Source of the DNA: Eledone cirrhosa
Lineage: Eukaryota
Assembly: GCA_964016885.1 (NCBI GenBank)
Contig: OZ024749.1
Location: forward strand, 1,922,001-1,986,000
Direction: 5' to 3'
DNA: 64,000 nt
In this document: one piece after another, positions 1-14,544 of the stretch
Layout: every line of letters starts with the position of its first letter
How positions within the stretch are numbered: position 1 is the first letter of the stretch
The notes under the pieces: model-generated
What the model was told of the DNA's origin: nothing
Databases searched by the model: none
The model's input: the letters and a program-made list of their open reading frames with translations, nothing else
Made by a program: the position numbers and the translations under genes

Positions 1-38
1 ATCAACAAGTGTTTTTTAGCCTTCATATCATGTTCTCC

Positions 39-109
39 TGTTTTATCTGATGAAAACACAAATATTATTGCTTGATGATGTTTGTTTTTGAAATGCGCAT
101 AATAAAATA
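39..109 (+). ncRNA. Type I hammerhead ribozyme motif (PLE-tail type)
   Basis: tgttttat-CTGATGA-(helix II aaaca...tgttt)-GAAA-TGCGCA-TA-ataaaata. The core is intact, helix III is palindromic and helix I has 8 bp. A (TA)n tract follows. Confidence 0.75.
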
Positions 110-139
110 TATGGAACTCCTTTAACCATCTTTTGATCT

Positions 140-142
<3 letters not shown>

Positions 143-212
<70 letters not shown>

Positions 213-840
213 CATCTATATATATACATACATCTATATATATATACATACATCTATATATACATACATACAAACATACATCTATATACATACACACATA
301 TATATATATGTATATACATATATACATACATACATATATATGTATATACATATATATATATGTATATACATACATACATATATATATATATATGTATATA
401 CATATATACATACATATATATATATATACATACATACATATACATATATACATACATATATACATACATATATATGTATATACATATATACATACATATA
501 TACATATATACATACATATATATACATATATACATACATATATATACATATATACATACATATATATACATATATACATACATATATATACATATATATA
601 TATACATATATACATACATACATATATATACATATATACATATATATATATATATATGTATGTATATACATATATACATACATATATATATATGTATATA
701 CATAATTAAATACATATATATATATGTATATACATATATACATACATATATATATATATACATACATACATATATACATACATATATATACATACATACA
801 TACATACATACATACATACATACATACATACATACATACA
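143..840. repeat. (TA)n/(TACA)n microsatellite
   Basis: Direct reading; it explains the YIYI ORFs. Confidence 0.97.
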
Positions 841-2005
841 TCCGACAACATATACGAACCTCGATGCGTAGGAGCCCGTTTCTCGAGCAAGTCTATCTGC
901 ATGAAACAGATAATATGATGAGAGTTGGGAAGGAACTCCTCGAGAGATATTCAAAACCTCACACCCAGGGAAGCGGCTCAGCAGTATCTCAGTGAATCCA
1001 TGGGTGAAAAACTACATACTTATAAGCAAAAAATCATGCATGGATATGTTGCCAGGAAGCTCCAGAGTGTGAGTAATATAGATAAGGAAAGTAGTTTATC
1101 TTCGACCAACAACCGCTATATTGGCTCCCACTTTGAAGGATAAGCTTTTGCAATCCAAGAACAGGAGATTAACACGAAATACCTGATTCACAAAAGAGAT
1201 AGGGATGCAGGCAAAACACCTAGATGTGATAAAACTGCAGACTCTGCAGAACTAACATCGAGGATATCACCCATGTCATCAGCAGCTGTCCAAAGATGTC
1301 ATCGCAGTACTATCTACCTACGAGGCATTATGTAATGGCCAAAACACTGTACAATGCTGTTCGTAAAAAAGATAGCCCCGATAATAAACACATAAAAAGC
1401 TACAGGAATGTGGAAAATATCCATGTAGATAATATGAAATAGTACTGGTTGAATGTTCCAGTAAAAACCCCAATAAAATGTAGGCATAACAGATCAGATA
1501 TTATGATGTGGGACAGGGAAAAGAAAGCATGCACAGTAGTGGAAATTAGCTGCCCAGCAGATGCCAATATAATATCAAAGATTAGTGAAAAGGAGAATAT
1601 TTATGCAGAACTGGTGAGAAATCTGCAGATACTCCACCCTGATTACACCTTCAGATGTATGCCTGTGATTGTTGGGGCACTGGGATATGTTAGTAACTGC
1701 CTCAATACAAATCTTGAGAAGCTAGGCTTCACAGGAACAGAAAGAAACAACTAGTTAGGAAATTACAAGAACAATCCATTAATTGAACAGTGAAAATATG
1801 TAAAATATTCGAAAAATGTTGCATCTAATAACTGCATATACACATGCACACATACAACTCAAAACATACTCATCCACACATACAATAACATCCATATCTA
1901 CACATGCATACATACATATCTACCTAGTTGATGTGTAAATTCCAATGAGAGAGTCTTGTGTCTCTGTTAGACACCGACTCACTCTCTATTGGGAAAACTT
2001 TGAAT
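841..2005 (+). mobile_element. 5'-truncated, decayed R4/Dong-like non-LTR retrotransposon (CCHC finger, RLE endonuclease, 3' UTR)
   Basis: Frameshifted peptide with CRLC..DITHVISSCPKMSSQYYLPTRH, then RHNRSDIMMWDREKKACTVVEISCPADANIISKISEK (PD-(D/E)xK RLE). Stop near 1828. The 3' UTR matches the copy at 62875-63105. Confidence 0.85.
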
Positions 2006-2975
2006 TGACAACAAAGACGACGAAGGCGGTGGTGACGGCAGTGAGAGAAGTAGCAATAATAACATCACTAGCAAGGGTGACAGTGAGAGAAGTAGCAGTA
2101 ACAACTACCAACCAACCAACCAACTACCTACCTACCAACCACCCTACCATCCAACCTATCAACCATTGACCCTACCAACCAACCAACCACCCTACCAACT
2201 ATTCACCCAACCTACCCCATCATCCACCCTACAAACCAACCAAGACTATCAACAACATATCAGAGAGACAAAATCTTTAGCAGAAAATATGAAAACGTAA
2301 AAAAACAAGAAACAAAAAAAAAAAAACCAGCTACAAGAAAACAAAACAACAAAAAAAAATTAATTTCGCCATAGAAAAGTGACGTAACACTCAGCAGACA
2401 TTTTCAGTTTTCTTTTTATTTGTCTTTGATGGAACAATTAACCGAAATATTATGTAGGAGGCGTAAAGTCAAAAACATTTAGCATATGAAGAAGTTGTTT
2501 GAATGTTCGTTATTTACTATTTTAATGTTTCCTCCTCTCTCTCTTCTGTTTTTGTTGCCATCTATTTCTTCTCTTTTGCTGCTGACCCTCTACATATATT
2601 TCTTGTTGCAATATCTAAAGACTTATTTACCCATCAAACAAGCGAGAGAAAGCATTTCTTTGAGACTACCATAAACACACCTCCAAACGCCATCATACAC
2701 ACCGCAAACACACCACAAAATAGAAACAAAAACACATAAAAATAACAACAAAACAAAACCGCCAAAAAAAAAAGTGATACCGAAAAAAAAAGAAGTAAAA
2801 GTATTTCGAAAGAAATCAAGAAAATCTAGAAGAAAAAACTTTCAAAACAAGTATCAAAAAGAAAAACAAAAAAAGCAGCAACATTTCTCAATCCGCTGTC
2901 ATCTCCTTGTCAAAGTCATTCGGTGAGCTTTTTACTTTTACCACATTTTCCTGTCTATATATACACACACAGATA

Positions 2976-3022
<47 letters not shown>

Positions 3023-3218
3023 CGTATGTGAGAAGCCCGAAACACTTCAATGTCTACGACTTCTATAATATTCAAGTTATTGTCGCAACTCTCTTGTTAA
3101 TGTTCCCGTTGATGTTTTCTATATTATCAAATCACTGTTTCCTGCACTATTTTTATTATTATCTTTTTGTTTTACGAAAAAGAAACAGAGATACAGGACA
3201 TGAATGTGAGAGTGGTAT

Positions 3219-3320
<102 letters not shown>

Positions 3321-3501
3321 TAATAAAAATAATGAATAAAAACAAAGAAACAGTTCCTTATATTAAAAAATTCATCATTTTACGATCGTTTCTAGGATAT
3401 ATATGTGTGTGTTGGTATGTATATCATATAGATCTATGTAAAAATTTTACAAACTATCAGAGGGAATATACATACCTACACATATATATGCTGTCTTCAG
3501 A

Positions 3502-3540
<39 letters not shown>

Positions 3541-3700
3541 AGAAAAGAGAGAATCAGTGTTGCGACGAAAGGAATTTATTGGACATATTACAATTGTTTC
3601 TCGGGCGACCAGTTCGAGGCACGATCGATGTGGTGATCAAACCTGACTCTGAAATCGCGCGGTCCTCGCATACGTCTCGATTCTACGAAGGAGATTTTCC

Positions 3701-3796
<96 letters not shown>

Positions 3797-3913
3797 AAAA
3801 ATTGAACGGGAACAAAACAGAGAGGCAGTACGAACAAAGGTTTATTAGTTTCACGCTCTTGAGAGTGGGGTGGTGGTGGGGAACGACGTATGTATATATA
3901 TATATACCATGAA

Positions 3914-4200
3914 GGCGCGTGTCTGTGCGGTTAGGGTATTCGCGAGTTCGATTGCCGACGGCGCGTTGTGTCCTTGAACAAGACATTTTATTTCACGTTA
4001 CTCCAGTTCACTGAGAGCTGGAAAAATGAATTGTCCCTCTAGTCTGAAGTGCTGGCCTTGTCATATTCTCTGCCACGCTACGTTATGGGTACGCGTGTGT
4101 GTGGAATGCTCCGCCACTTGCACGTTAAATTTACGAGCAGGGTGTTCAGTTGATCGGATCAACTGTAACACTCGTCGTCGTAACTGACGATGAGGCAGTT
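3914..4200 (+). mobile_element. tRNA-derived CORE-type SINE
   Basis: GGCGCGTG head, B-box-like gagttcgattgcc and CORE-like gtgtccttgaacaagacattttat. Homologous to 12479-12756. Confidence 0.75.
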
Positions 4201-4209
4201 TACACACAT

Positions 4210-4282
<73 letters not shown>

Positions 4283-6439
4283 CGCGCGGAGAGAGACGGT
4301 GAGGGATGAGAGAGAGAGGGTGAGAGAGAGGCAGACGTACATAATGACAGCACTAAGAAATAAATATACACCTGTCAATAGATTTGGCTTTGATTTATGC
4401 TTGTGTATATATATATGGGCATATATGTGTGGACGTGTGGGTATATACACACACACACACATACATACGCCTCTTCCCCCTGTGTGTGTGTGTGTATGTG
4501 TGGGTATACACACACATATATATATACATAGAGAGAGGGGGCGAGACGTACGTATATGTGTGTAGGTGAGAAGTTAGCTCACCTACATTAGTTCTTGAAA
4601 AAAATATAATACAACTACAAAAAAAATAAAACCTCCAAGAAAAGCTGGTAAATGTTTCTTTTTCTCCCACGATAATAGATTAATATTGACATGTATCGAT
4701 ACGTATTAAAAAAAAAAATGGTGGTGATAAAATTACAAAGAAAACAAAAATAAAATAAAATAAAATCCAAGAAAACTTTGACGGACAAATAAATTAAAAA
4801 AAGTCTTCATGGCTTCAGCAAGAACAGTGAACGTTTGACGACATATTGTTTTTGTATGTCGTATGTTAATACACTTGTGGTGCCTGTGGTTGGTGTTGTT
4901 GTTGTTGTAGCTATTGTTGTAGGTGTCGTTGTAGTTGTTGTAGAAGGTGTTGTTGTAGGTGTTGTTTATATCATATCTGCTTTTGTTTAGATATATTTTC
5001 TATAGAAAACGTTCAGTCGTGGAGACTGTAGACTCCTTTCTCTGGAAAGACTGACAGCTCAGGCAAATCTTTTCGTCAAAGACGAACTGATACAACTATG
5101 TATGTATATATGTATTTATATATGTCTACACGTATGTATGTATACATATATGTATGTGTGTATGTATATGTGCACGTAAGTATACACTATCTATTTATGT
5201 ATGTATGTACGTACGTATGCATGTATATATGTGTATATGTATATATGTATATATGTATATATGTATGTAAGTACATGTGTATGTATGTATATATTTATGT
5301 ATATATGTATGTAAGTACGTGTGTATGTACGTGTGTATGTACGTGTGTATGTACATGTGTATGTGTCTATGTATGTACGTGTGTATGTACATGTGCATGT
5401 ATATATGTGTGTATGTGTGGGTGCTTGTGTTCTGTTGGTATTATTTTTCCATTTCTTCCACCACCAATAGATAAAGATCCGGTTTCTAAGTCAGAAATAA
5501 GGCCCTTTGTTTTGAATCCTAATCACACACACATATAAGGATCAATACGTACATGGCTGCATGTATATATATGTATATGTTTATATAGGAGAATATGAGT
5601 CAACAAACTAGACCTTTACATTGTAAATAGATATGATGGAATTTAGGATTGACTGCTAATCGCTCATACATCACACTGCTGGTTTAACACGAAATCAACC
5701 GATAGACAATGGAGAATATATTCATGTATAAACTATGACCGAAGACAAAATACATGGTATGGACATAACTAAAACGACTTCGATAATAATGTCTGTTCCA
5801 TTATATCTGACTGTGTTGTAGATCATACGTACCTACATGATGGCTGAGATCATACAAATATTTATGATGGCTGCATCGTGATTTCAAGAATTGTCATCAC
5901 GTGATCACTCTCTCATACATTGGTGTCCCGAAAAAACAAAACAACAACAACGAAAAACTAACGAACAAAACAAAACACAGAAGACTTTTTCGGTTACGGC
6001 AGCCATTCCCATGTGAAACCTGTTCTTTTTTTATAAGTGAAGGAAGGCCTTACACTGCATCAGCCTACTATCTCAACACCGATCACAGGTATCTAAAAAG
6101 AAGAACAGGTCAACATCATTGGCTGTAATTTACTATAAAACTATTCTAATAGTTTCTTCCCTCCCAGATCTCCCCTAAGGAATTCTCTTTTGGCTTCTTG
6201 ATTTCTTGACCACTAAATATAATTGTCCAACAGCAATGATCATCTATTCTCTCCTTCGATTAAGTTCTCTCTGTCTTTCCCTTTTCCCTTAATAACCTCA
6301 TGCATCGTAGCGTTATCACTGTTCGTCTTTTTTTTTTTTTTAACCTAACTAACTAACTAACTATATATATATATGTTTCTTTATTAGCCACAGGGGCACA
6401 AAAGAAGGGGACAAATACAATATATATATACATATATTA

Positions 6440-6658
6440 ATTTCTTCAAAATGGCCGACTGAATACACACGTGCTTTTTCTCAAAACATTTTTTCCGTTC
6501 CTTCTCCTCAGTCTCTAATATTTTAGTTCTCGTTCTATCTTTTGATGAAGAACTAGTGTCCGAAAGGTTAAAACTCCTTTCCTATTAAACCAAGCATTAA
6601 ACTAACATATTTCTTCATTATACTGTGTCGTTTGCATTGTTGTTTCCGTTTAATGTTT

Positions 6659-6660
<2 letters not shown>
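6440..6660 (+). mobile_element. Short PLE-tail-like repeat with decayed hammerhead
   Basis: ttgatgaagaactagtgtccgaaaggtta is homologous to the hammerhead at 17893-17928, and the downstream sequence is similar too. Confidence 0.55.
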
Positions 6661-6746
<86 letters not shown>

Positions 6747-6906
6747 AAAGAGAGGGAGAGAGGGAGAGGGATAGGGAGAGGGAGGGTAATATTGAGTGTT
6801 TAATTCTTTTCACCGTCTCCACCAGGAGTGAAGGACCTCCATCCATTATATGTAGGGGTCTATTCTATGTATTATTCTGTAGTAAATATGCAGGAGTCTA
6901 TACATT

Positions 6907-7205
6907 ATCGTCATCACCTTCGTTTACATCGCCTTTATCATCATCACCACCACCGTCATCATCGCCTACATCATCACCATGATCACCATCATCGCCTACA
7001 TCATGACCATCATCGCCTACATCATGACCATCATCGCCTACATCATGACCATCATCACCATCATCGCCTACATCATCACCTACATCATGACCATCATCAC
7101 CATCATCGCCTACATCATCACCATCATCACCATCATAGCCTACATCATCACCATCATCACCATCATCGCCTACATCATCACCATCATCGCCTACATCATC
7201 ACCAT
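6907..7205. repeat. (CAT)n-derived compound repeat
   Basis: catcatcgcctacatcatcac units. Confidence 0.9.
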
Positions 7206-7319
7206 TATTATCGTCTTCCTTGTCCCCATCAATTACACCATTACAATACTTCCACTAACAGCAACAACAGCAACAATAATATATGTTGAGTAAAAAACAA
7301 TACAATCATACAATGCACA

Positions 7320-7730
7320 TCACCAACAACACCACCACCACCGACAACAACAACAACACCCACACCACGCCAACACCACCAACACCACTACCAACACCAC
7401 GACGACCAGCACCACCACTACGATGACCACGACGACGACAAACACCACCACCACTACCAACAACAACACAAACACCACGGCCACCACCACGACCCCCACC
7501 ACTACCACCACCACCACCACCACTACCACCAACACCACCACCACCACTACCAACAACAACACCAACACCACGACCACCACCACGACCACCAACACCACCA
7601 CCACCACGACCACCACAACCAACAACAACAACAACAACACCACCACGACCACCACGACCACCAACACCACCACTACCACGACGATGACAACGACAACCAC
7701 CACCACCACCACCACCACCAACAACAACAT
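7320..7730. repeat. (ACC/AAC)n trinucleotide low-complexity tract
   Basis: Direct reading. Confidence 0.9.
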
Positions 7731-8373
7731 CCATATCCAAACAAGCAAAAAACTATTTATGGAATTCTTTCTTAAGGGAGGAATATAAAAGAGGAGAAAA
7801 ACGAGAAGAAATGTTGACTTTATCAATTTGAAATAAATACTCAAGTTAGTTATTAAAATAGTACACATAGAAAATATATAACATTTAATGGTAAATCATG
7901 AGAAACTTATATATTGCAAACAATAACATGGAATTCCTGGCATGATTTAGATTTTATTTTCTCTTTTAATTTTCCTATATGTTCACACTGCTTCATTTCT
8001 CTTACAATAAACATTGGTTATAGTTTTATTATATTTTATTTAGTTTTATTTTATCTTAAAACTCTTTTCAAAACCAGACACCTGCTCTCGCATTGCACAA
8101 TCTGAAATTTTACAGATACGCTGTTTTACAATGTATATAACACACTATATATTATTGTTGTTACAGGATTATCATCATTTTTGTTGTGATTATTATTATT
8201 ATTATCATTATTATTATTATTATTATGAGCATCATCGGTAGCAGTTATATTTTTACAATTTTCTTTTCTTTTCTTCCGTTAACTTCAATTTCGCTCAACA
8301 TTCGTACAGGTAAACATACACACATCGTGTAATCTCTCTCTCACATATATATATATATATATATGTATGTGTG

Positions 8374-8451
<78 letters not shown>

Positions 8452-8619
8452 CAAGGTTTCTCCCAAAAGTAAGGTTACTGATTTTCCTATGTAAGACATG
8501 ATAACGCAGCACCTTGATAACTGTGTTAGTTGGCTATGACTTTCGCTACACATACATAATTGAGTCAGTCGTGAGTTATTGGGGTTTATGGACAGTCATG
8601 TTTATAGCCTAGGTTACAT

Positions 8620-9540
8620 TTGCCAGGCAGGAAAATATCCAACGCAGGAAAATATCGAACAACGGTACGCGATCAAATGTTGTGTGAAACTCAACAAATC
8701 TGCCACCGAAATATTCAATTATTTAAAATAAGATTTTGGACATACCACTCTTTCGAGAAGTAAGGTATTTAAGCAACACAAACTTTCCAAAAAGGACAGA
8801 GAAAATGTTGAAACGAACCTCGTTTTGGAAGGCCAATGTTGTCAACAAATGAACAAAATGTGGAAGTGGGGTGATCGATGATGTCGAAAGATCGCTGATT
8901 AGGATGATTGCTGAAAAAAACTTACTTGGATAAAAACGCAGTTCCCAGAATTTTAACAGACCATTTGCACAAGCGAAAATAATGTGTAAAACTAGTGCTA
9001 AAAACTTGTTTGTGGAGTAAAAACTGAACCTCCTGGAAATTTGTCAGGATTTGCCAGAAAGATTTGAAATTGAGGCAAATTTCTTGGATAAAGAAATAAC
9101 TGGAGATAAATGATGGGTGCTTGAGAACGATTTAGAGACAAAGCGCAAAAGTGAGGATTGACACACGAAACATTCTCCTCGTTCGAAGAAAGATCGTATG
9201 AGCAAATCCAGGGTGAAAACGATAATTATTTTTTTCGATAGCCGTGTTCACAAAGGATGTTTACCTCCAGGGCAGAGTTAATTGCACCTTATAAAGATGT
9301 TTTGCAACGACTTCAAGAACGGGTTCAGATAGTCCGGAAGAAGAGGTTGGTTACTGCACCAGGAGAACGTGTCTTCTCACATAACACTTTCAATTAGAGA
9401 GTTTCTGGCAATGAAAGACATTGCCTCTCTTCCACGTCCCCACAACAGATCTAGCTCTGTCTGACCTCTACTTCTTCCCTATTCGATATTGAAGGGTCAT
9501 CATTTTGAGACTGTGGTAAACATACAGAGAGTTGTAACCA
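8620..9540 (+). pseudogene. Decayed mariner (DD34D) transposase
   Basis: QRYAIKCCVKLNKSATEIF (HTH), ITGDK*WV (TGDETW), LHQEN (HHDNA) and DLALSDLYFFP (YSPDLAPSD), with many stops and frameshifts. Confidence 0.85.
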
Positions 9541-10058
9541 GTACCAAGGAATGTACTGTGTGAGAAGGAAATTATTTGTCAGGTATTTTCTCTCTCCGTA
9601 GAATGAAATAATCGGTCACCATGATTCGACAGACGCTTGTGTTGTCTTTAGCCTCCTTCTGTAGAGCCACCTTCTTTATGTATAACTATGATGCTGACCA
9701 ATAGATCGAAATACTCTAGATCGAAATGACTCACCCCCACACACCTGAGAAAAGGATCCCCGCAAAAAAAAAAAATAAAAACGAAGCGTGACCTCAGTTT
9801 AAGTACAGGACATCAGCAATATAAAGTGAATTATGTCCGCTCCACCACAATCACAAAATTACACCTACATGTTGACGATATTAAACATTTTGTACTCACC
9901 TAAAGACTGTATTAGACGACCAATAATATATTTAACTAGAAAATGAAGAATGTGATTAAAATATCGGGGAAGAAACGTCACGTACATTAAACTATGAAAC
10001 GGCACACAGTATATATATGTATATATATATATATATGTACACTGACAACACCCATAAT

Positions 10059-10096
<38 letters not shown>

Positions 10097-10234
10097 GAGA
10101 GAAAAAATCACTAATCAGACGTAAATATATGTAAATCGGGAGTTCAACCAATTTCAGTTTTTATGTTAAATCACTGAAAAAATAAATGAGTTGAAAAAAT
10201 GTGTTAAATGAAACTTGCCATAGGCGATTCTAAT

Positions 10235-10332
<98 letters not shown>

Positions 10333-11630
10333 TAATCATTGGAACGGCATGAACACGCCCGAGACACACTGTTTGTAAGAAACGAAATAATGTAATGACA
10401 AAAGTACGCAAAATCCAAGAAAAAAAGTAAACAAAAAATTACACACAAAAAAACTATCCAAACCGAATGATTAAAGAGCTACATTAATTTAAAATTTAGC
10501 CCTGGGTTAAATAACGATACGAAATTAAATATAAGTCAACACCAACAAGACGAATATGATTAAATCTACTAATGAAATGGAAAAAACAAAAAGACAAACA
10601 AACAATGGATTCACCTTCTAGAGTTACTCCCCGTATTTTTTTCTTTTTTATCTCTTTAATTTTCTCAGTAAATTCGATTAATAGTATGACATATAAGTGA
10701 ATCTTTGTGTGTGTGTGACTCCTGCAAATAGGTTTACTGGTGTTTACTGCTTGTCTTTGAGTAACGGTATAAAGAGATAGGAAGAGAGATAGTGGCAGAG
10801 GTATTGAGAGAAAGAGAGAAGAGTAGGAGAAAGAAGTAAGAGAGAGAGAGAGAGAGAGAGTGTGTGTGTGTGTGTGTGTGTAAGCGCGCTTAGTTTAATA
10901 AACTGAAATAAGACAAAAAGACATAAATATACAGGAATATAAAAATAATAGAATATTAAAGAACAAAAGAATTTATGAAAAGAAACGGAAAAATGGAACT
11001 CCCAGAGAAAATAAAAATAAATAAAAATCTATATTTTTTTCAAGAATACAGACACACAAGAAAAAAATGGCTGCAGGCTGGACCTCTGATCAACAGAGAT
11101 CAACTAACTTAATTCTTTTAGCTTTTATACCTTTCAAACATGTTGATTCGGTTCAGTAAATTATCAAATCTTGTTGAGCGGTGGGTGCGCCCTTGTTATT
11201 ATTCAAACCTGGCGATGAATGATTTTTGGCGAAGATATTATTTAATTATCGAAGATGTCTGCAGCTAAGATAAGAAGAAGAACGATGAAACATTAAATGG
11301 TTGAGAAAGCCAGCGAACAATACTGTATTTTTCGCCATTATATTCAAACTGTTTTGAAGATGAAGAAAAGAGTTACTATTAATAGTGATGTACAATGGGA
11401 TATAATAATGAAGTCAGATAATATAATATGCCTGCTGTATTTCTATATATCGGCTGTGATTTCGACAGGCAAACCTCTGGCGCAACGGAGTGGGACGTTG
11501 TGATATCAAAGGGAGATTATTCTTTTGAAGCAAGTTTGATTAATTTGTTGGTTAGTGGTTGGAGGATGAAAGTAGGGGGAAACTTCACTAAATGAATATA
11601 TAAGTTAAAAAAATAACAAACAACACACAG

Positions 11631-11715
<85 letters not shown>

Positions 11716-12034
11716 AGATTGAAACCAGAATAATTAAATTTGATCTTTTTTACTTAATTTGGTCATTGACCATTTGTCATTTCACAGAGTAACAGAAGGA
11801 TATCGATTATTGAACATCCCGAAAGCCAGATTAATATCAAGATTAAAATACAATGGAAATAATTCATTAAACTGCTTTAAATAGCTGAGCCACTGCTAGA
11901 CGTATTTATCTGTGTCTATAGAAGAATTTCATTCACAACTTATATTGCTCACATATCACATTCCCACTATGTTTCCGCTTGCATAGGCTCATTAGGAGGT
12001 TATCTAAGGATTACTGTATATGTACTGTTTCTCT

Positions 12035-12247
12035 AGGCGACAAATTGGTAAAGTCGTTAGAACGTCGGATAGAAAACTTTATGGTATTTATTCCGACTCT
12101 CTGCTCTTTGAGTTCAAATCCCGCCGAGGTCAACTTTGCTTTTCAACTTTTCGAGGTCGATAAAAAAAGTACCAGTCTAGTGCTGGGCTCCACCAGGCTT
12201 AAAATGCCCAAGAAACGCCGTATGTCAGTATAGCACCCCTACGACTC
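12035..12247 (+). mobile_element. tRNA-derived SINE with Nin-like domain
   Basis: B-box gagttcaaatcc followed by gaggtcaactttgcttttca...gaggtcgataaaaaaagtaccag. Several copies occur in the window. Confidence 0.75.
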
Positions 12248-12478
12248 AGGTGTCTCTCTACACATATAATTAGCTCATTCATACAGTATATGTACACACA
12301 GTATTGCTGTACTATGTCCCCCACACCTCTACCAAGTTCAGTGGTGCCTTATATACACACATATATCTGTATAATATACACACATATATATCTGTATAAT
12401 ATATAAGAAGTAAATTCACGTGTTATATGCACGCATACTATATAATTTGTCTCCGCATATATAAAAATTGGTAGTGTA

Positions 12479-12756
12479 GGCGCGTGGGTTAGTTGTTATG
12501 GAATTCGGCTCACGATCGTAAGGTCGTCAGTTCGAATCGTGGCGGGGCGTTGTGTCCTTGAGCAAGATACTTTATCTCACATTACTCCAGTCCACACAGC
12601 TGGCAAAAATGAGTTGTACCTGTAATTCGAAGGACAGGCCTTGTAACATTCTATATCACGCTAAATTCCTCTGAATACACGTGTCTGTAGAAATCTCAGC
12701 CACTTGTACGTTAATGGCAGGCTGTATCAACTGGAATACTCGACGTCATAACCGAC
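12479..12756 (+). mobile_element. tRNA-derived CORE-type SINE
   Basis: ggcgcgtgggttagtt head, B-box agttcgaatc and gtgtccttgagcaagatacttta. Confidence 0.8.
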
Positions 12757-12789
12757 ATTGTTATACATAGTGTTGCAAGGTTTTTTTAT

Positions 12790-13604
12790 ATGAAATCGTG
12801 TTTCGAAACAAATATTGCTATACTTGGGGAGGGTCATATTTGTCTAATAATATTGCCAGAATTAATCACAGAACACACTCACTCTTTGGTTGGTTTTCGC
12901 TTTTGTGTCTTTTATATCAGTTAATTTAATTTATTCGGTCCTCAATGTTACCATTGACTGACCAACGGTCAAAAATACAGATACAATATAGACACAAACA
13001 CATATATATAGTCTATCAAAGTTCTTTCGTTGCACATCTGCAACATCGTCAGTGGTTCTATTGTTTCCTCCCCTTGCATTGTATTTTCTACGCCATCTTT
13101 ATTTAGTCTGTTTATATATTTATTTATTTGTTTTTTTTTTGTCTTCTTTGCGCATGCGTTTGCATGTGTGTATAGTGTTTTGTTTGATGTGTGTTCGTGA
13201 TTGGGTGACTGTGTATTGGTTAATGTATTCTATCTTTACTAGTGTGTGTTTATATGTGTTTGTTGTTATTGTGCTTGTGTATGTATTTATTTATTTATCT
13301 ATTTATTTATTTATTTATTTATACTTCTCTTAGGTCAGTGTGGTTTGTTTGGGTGTGGTTGTTATTCCATTCATTTTTTCTGTTTAGCCTTGGCCTTCTA
13401 AGTTCTATTTCACTGGCCTCTCTGATTTGCCTATCTGCTGAGTCATTTCTATGTTTAGATATTATTCTAATTTCTATGTTGTCTATGTTACCGTCGTGTT
13501 CTTGTCTGGCATGTTCGTATAGTACTGAACCGTTTTTTCGTCCTTTTGGTTCCCTCCAGTCTTGGTCTATCCTTTCACCTATGCTACGAGCTGTCTCGCC
13601 ATAG
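12790..13604 (-). mobile_element. Penelope-like element 3' fragment (GIY-YIG C-terminus and tail)
   Basis: YGETARSIGERI...SVLYEHARQEH...RQIREASEIELRRPRLNRKNEW, with a hammerhead motif in the tail. Confidence 0.8.
13016..13054 (-). ncRNA. Hammerhead ribozyme motif, partly decayed
   Basis: Minus strand: cca-CTGACGA-T-GTTGCA gatg TGCAAC-GAAA-GAAC-TT-tga. Core and helix II are intact; helices I and III are weak. Confidence 0.6.
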
Positions 13605-13785
13605 AACATTATAATAAATGTTCGGTGAATCCATACGTACATATATATATATGTGTGCAGGTATGTATATATATATACATACTACTGTACGTCTGTATAC
13701 ATATATGTATGTACGTGTATATACTTATATTTAAGTAACAGCCGTACTAAGAGTGGGAAATGAAATTTCATTTCATTTTTCCGTT

Positions 13786-13906
13786 TATATATACATATAT
13801 ATACATACATATATATATACATATATATATACATATATACATATATATATATACATATATATATATACACATATATACATATACATATATATATACACAT
13901 ATATAC

Positions 13907-13937
<31 letters not shown>

Positions 13938-14002
13938 CATATATATATACATATATACATACATATATATACATACATACATATACATACATACATACAT
14001 AC

Positions 14003-14035
<33 letters not shown>

Positions 14036-14210
14036 CATATATATATATATACATATATATACACATATATATACATATATATACACATATATATACATAC
14101 ATATATATACATATATATATACATATATATACATACATATATATACATATATATATACATATATATATACATATATATACATACATATACATACATACAT
14201 ATATGTATAC

Positions 14211-14241
<31 letters not shown>

Positions 14242-14535
14242 CATATATATACATATATATATACATATATATATACATATATATACATACATATATATAT
14301 ACATACATATATATATATACATATATATACATATATATATACATATATATATACATATATATATACATACATATATACATACATATATATATACATACAT
14401 ATATATATACATATATATATACATATATATACATATATATACATATATATATACATATATATACATATATATACATATATATATATACATATATATATAC
14501 ATATATATACATATATATACATATATACATATACA
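13786..14535. repeat. (TA)n/(TACA)n microsatellite
   Basis: Direct reading. Confidence 0.97.
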
Positions 14536-14544
14536 ATATTTACG

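Noticed and set aside
6828-7868. Poly-His and poly-Thr/Val ORFs resembling histidine-rich or mucin proteins
   Set aside because: Pure trinucleotide repeats open in several frames, with no unique flanking coding sequence.
12479-12545. tRNA gene
   Set aside because: A- and B-box-like motifs run into a CORE SINE body, with no complete cloverleaf or terminator. The other SINE heads behave the same way.
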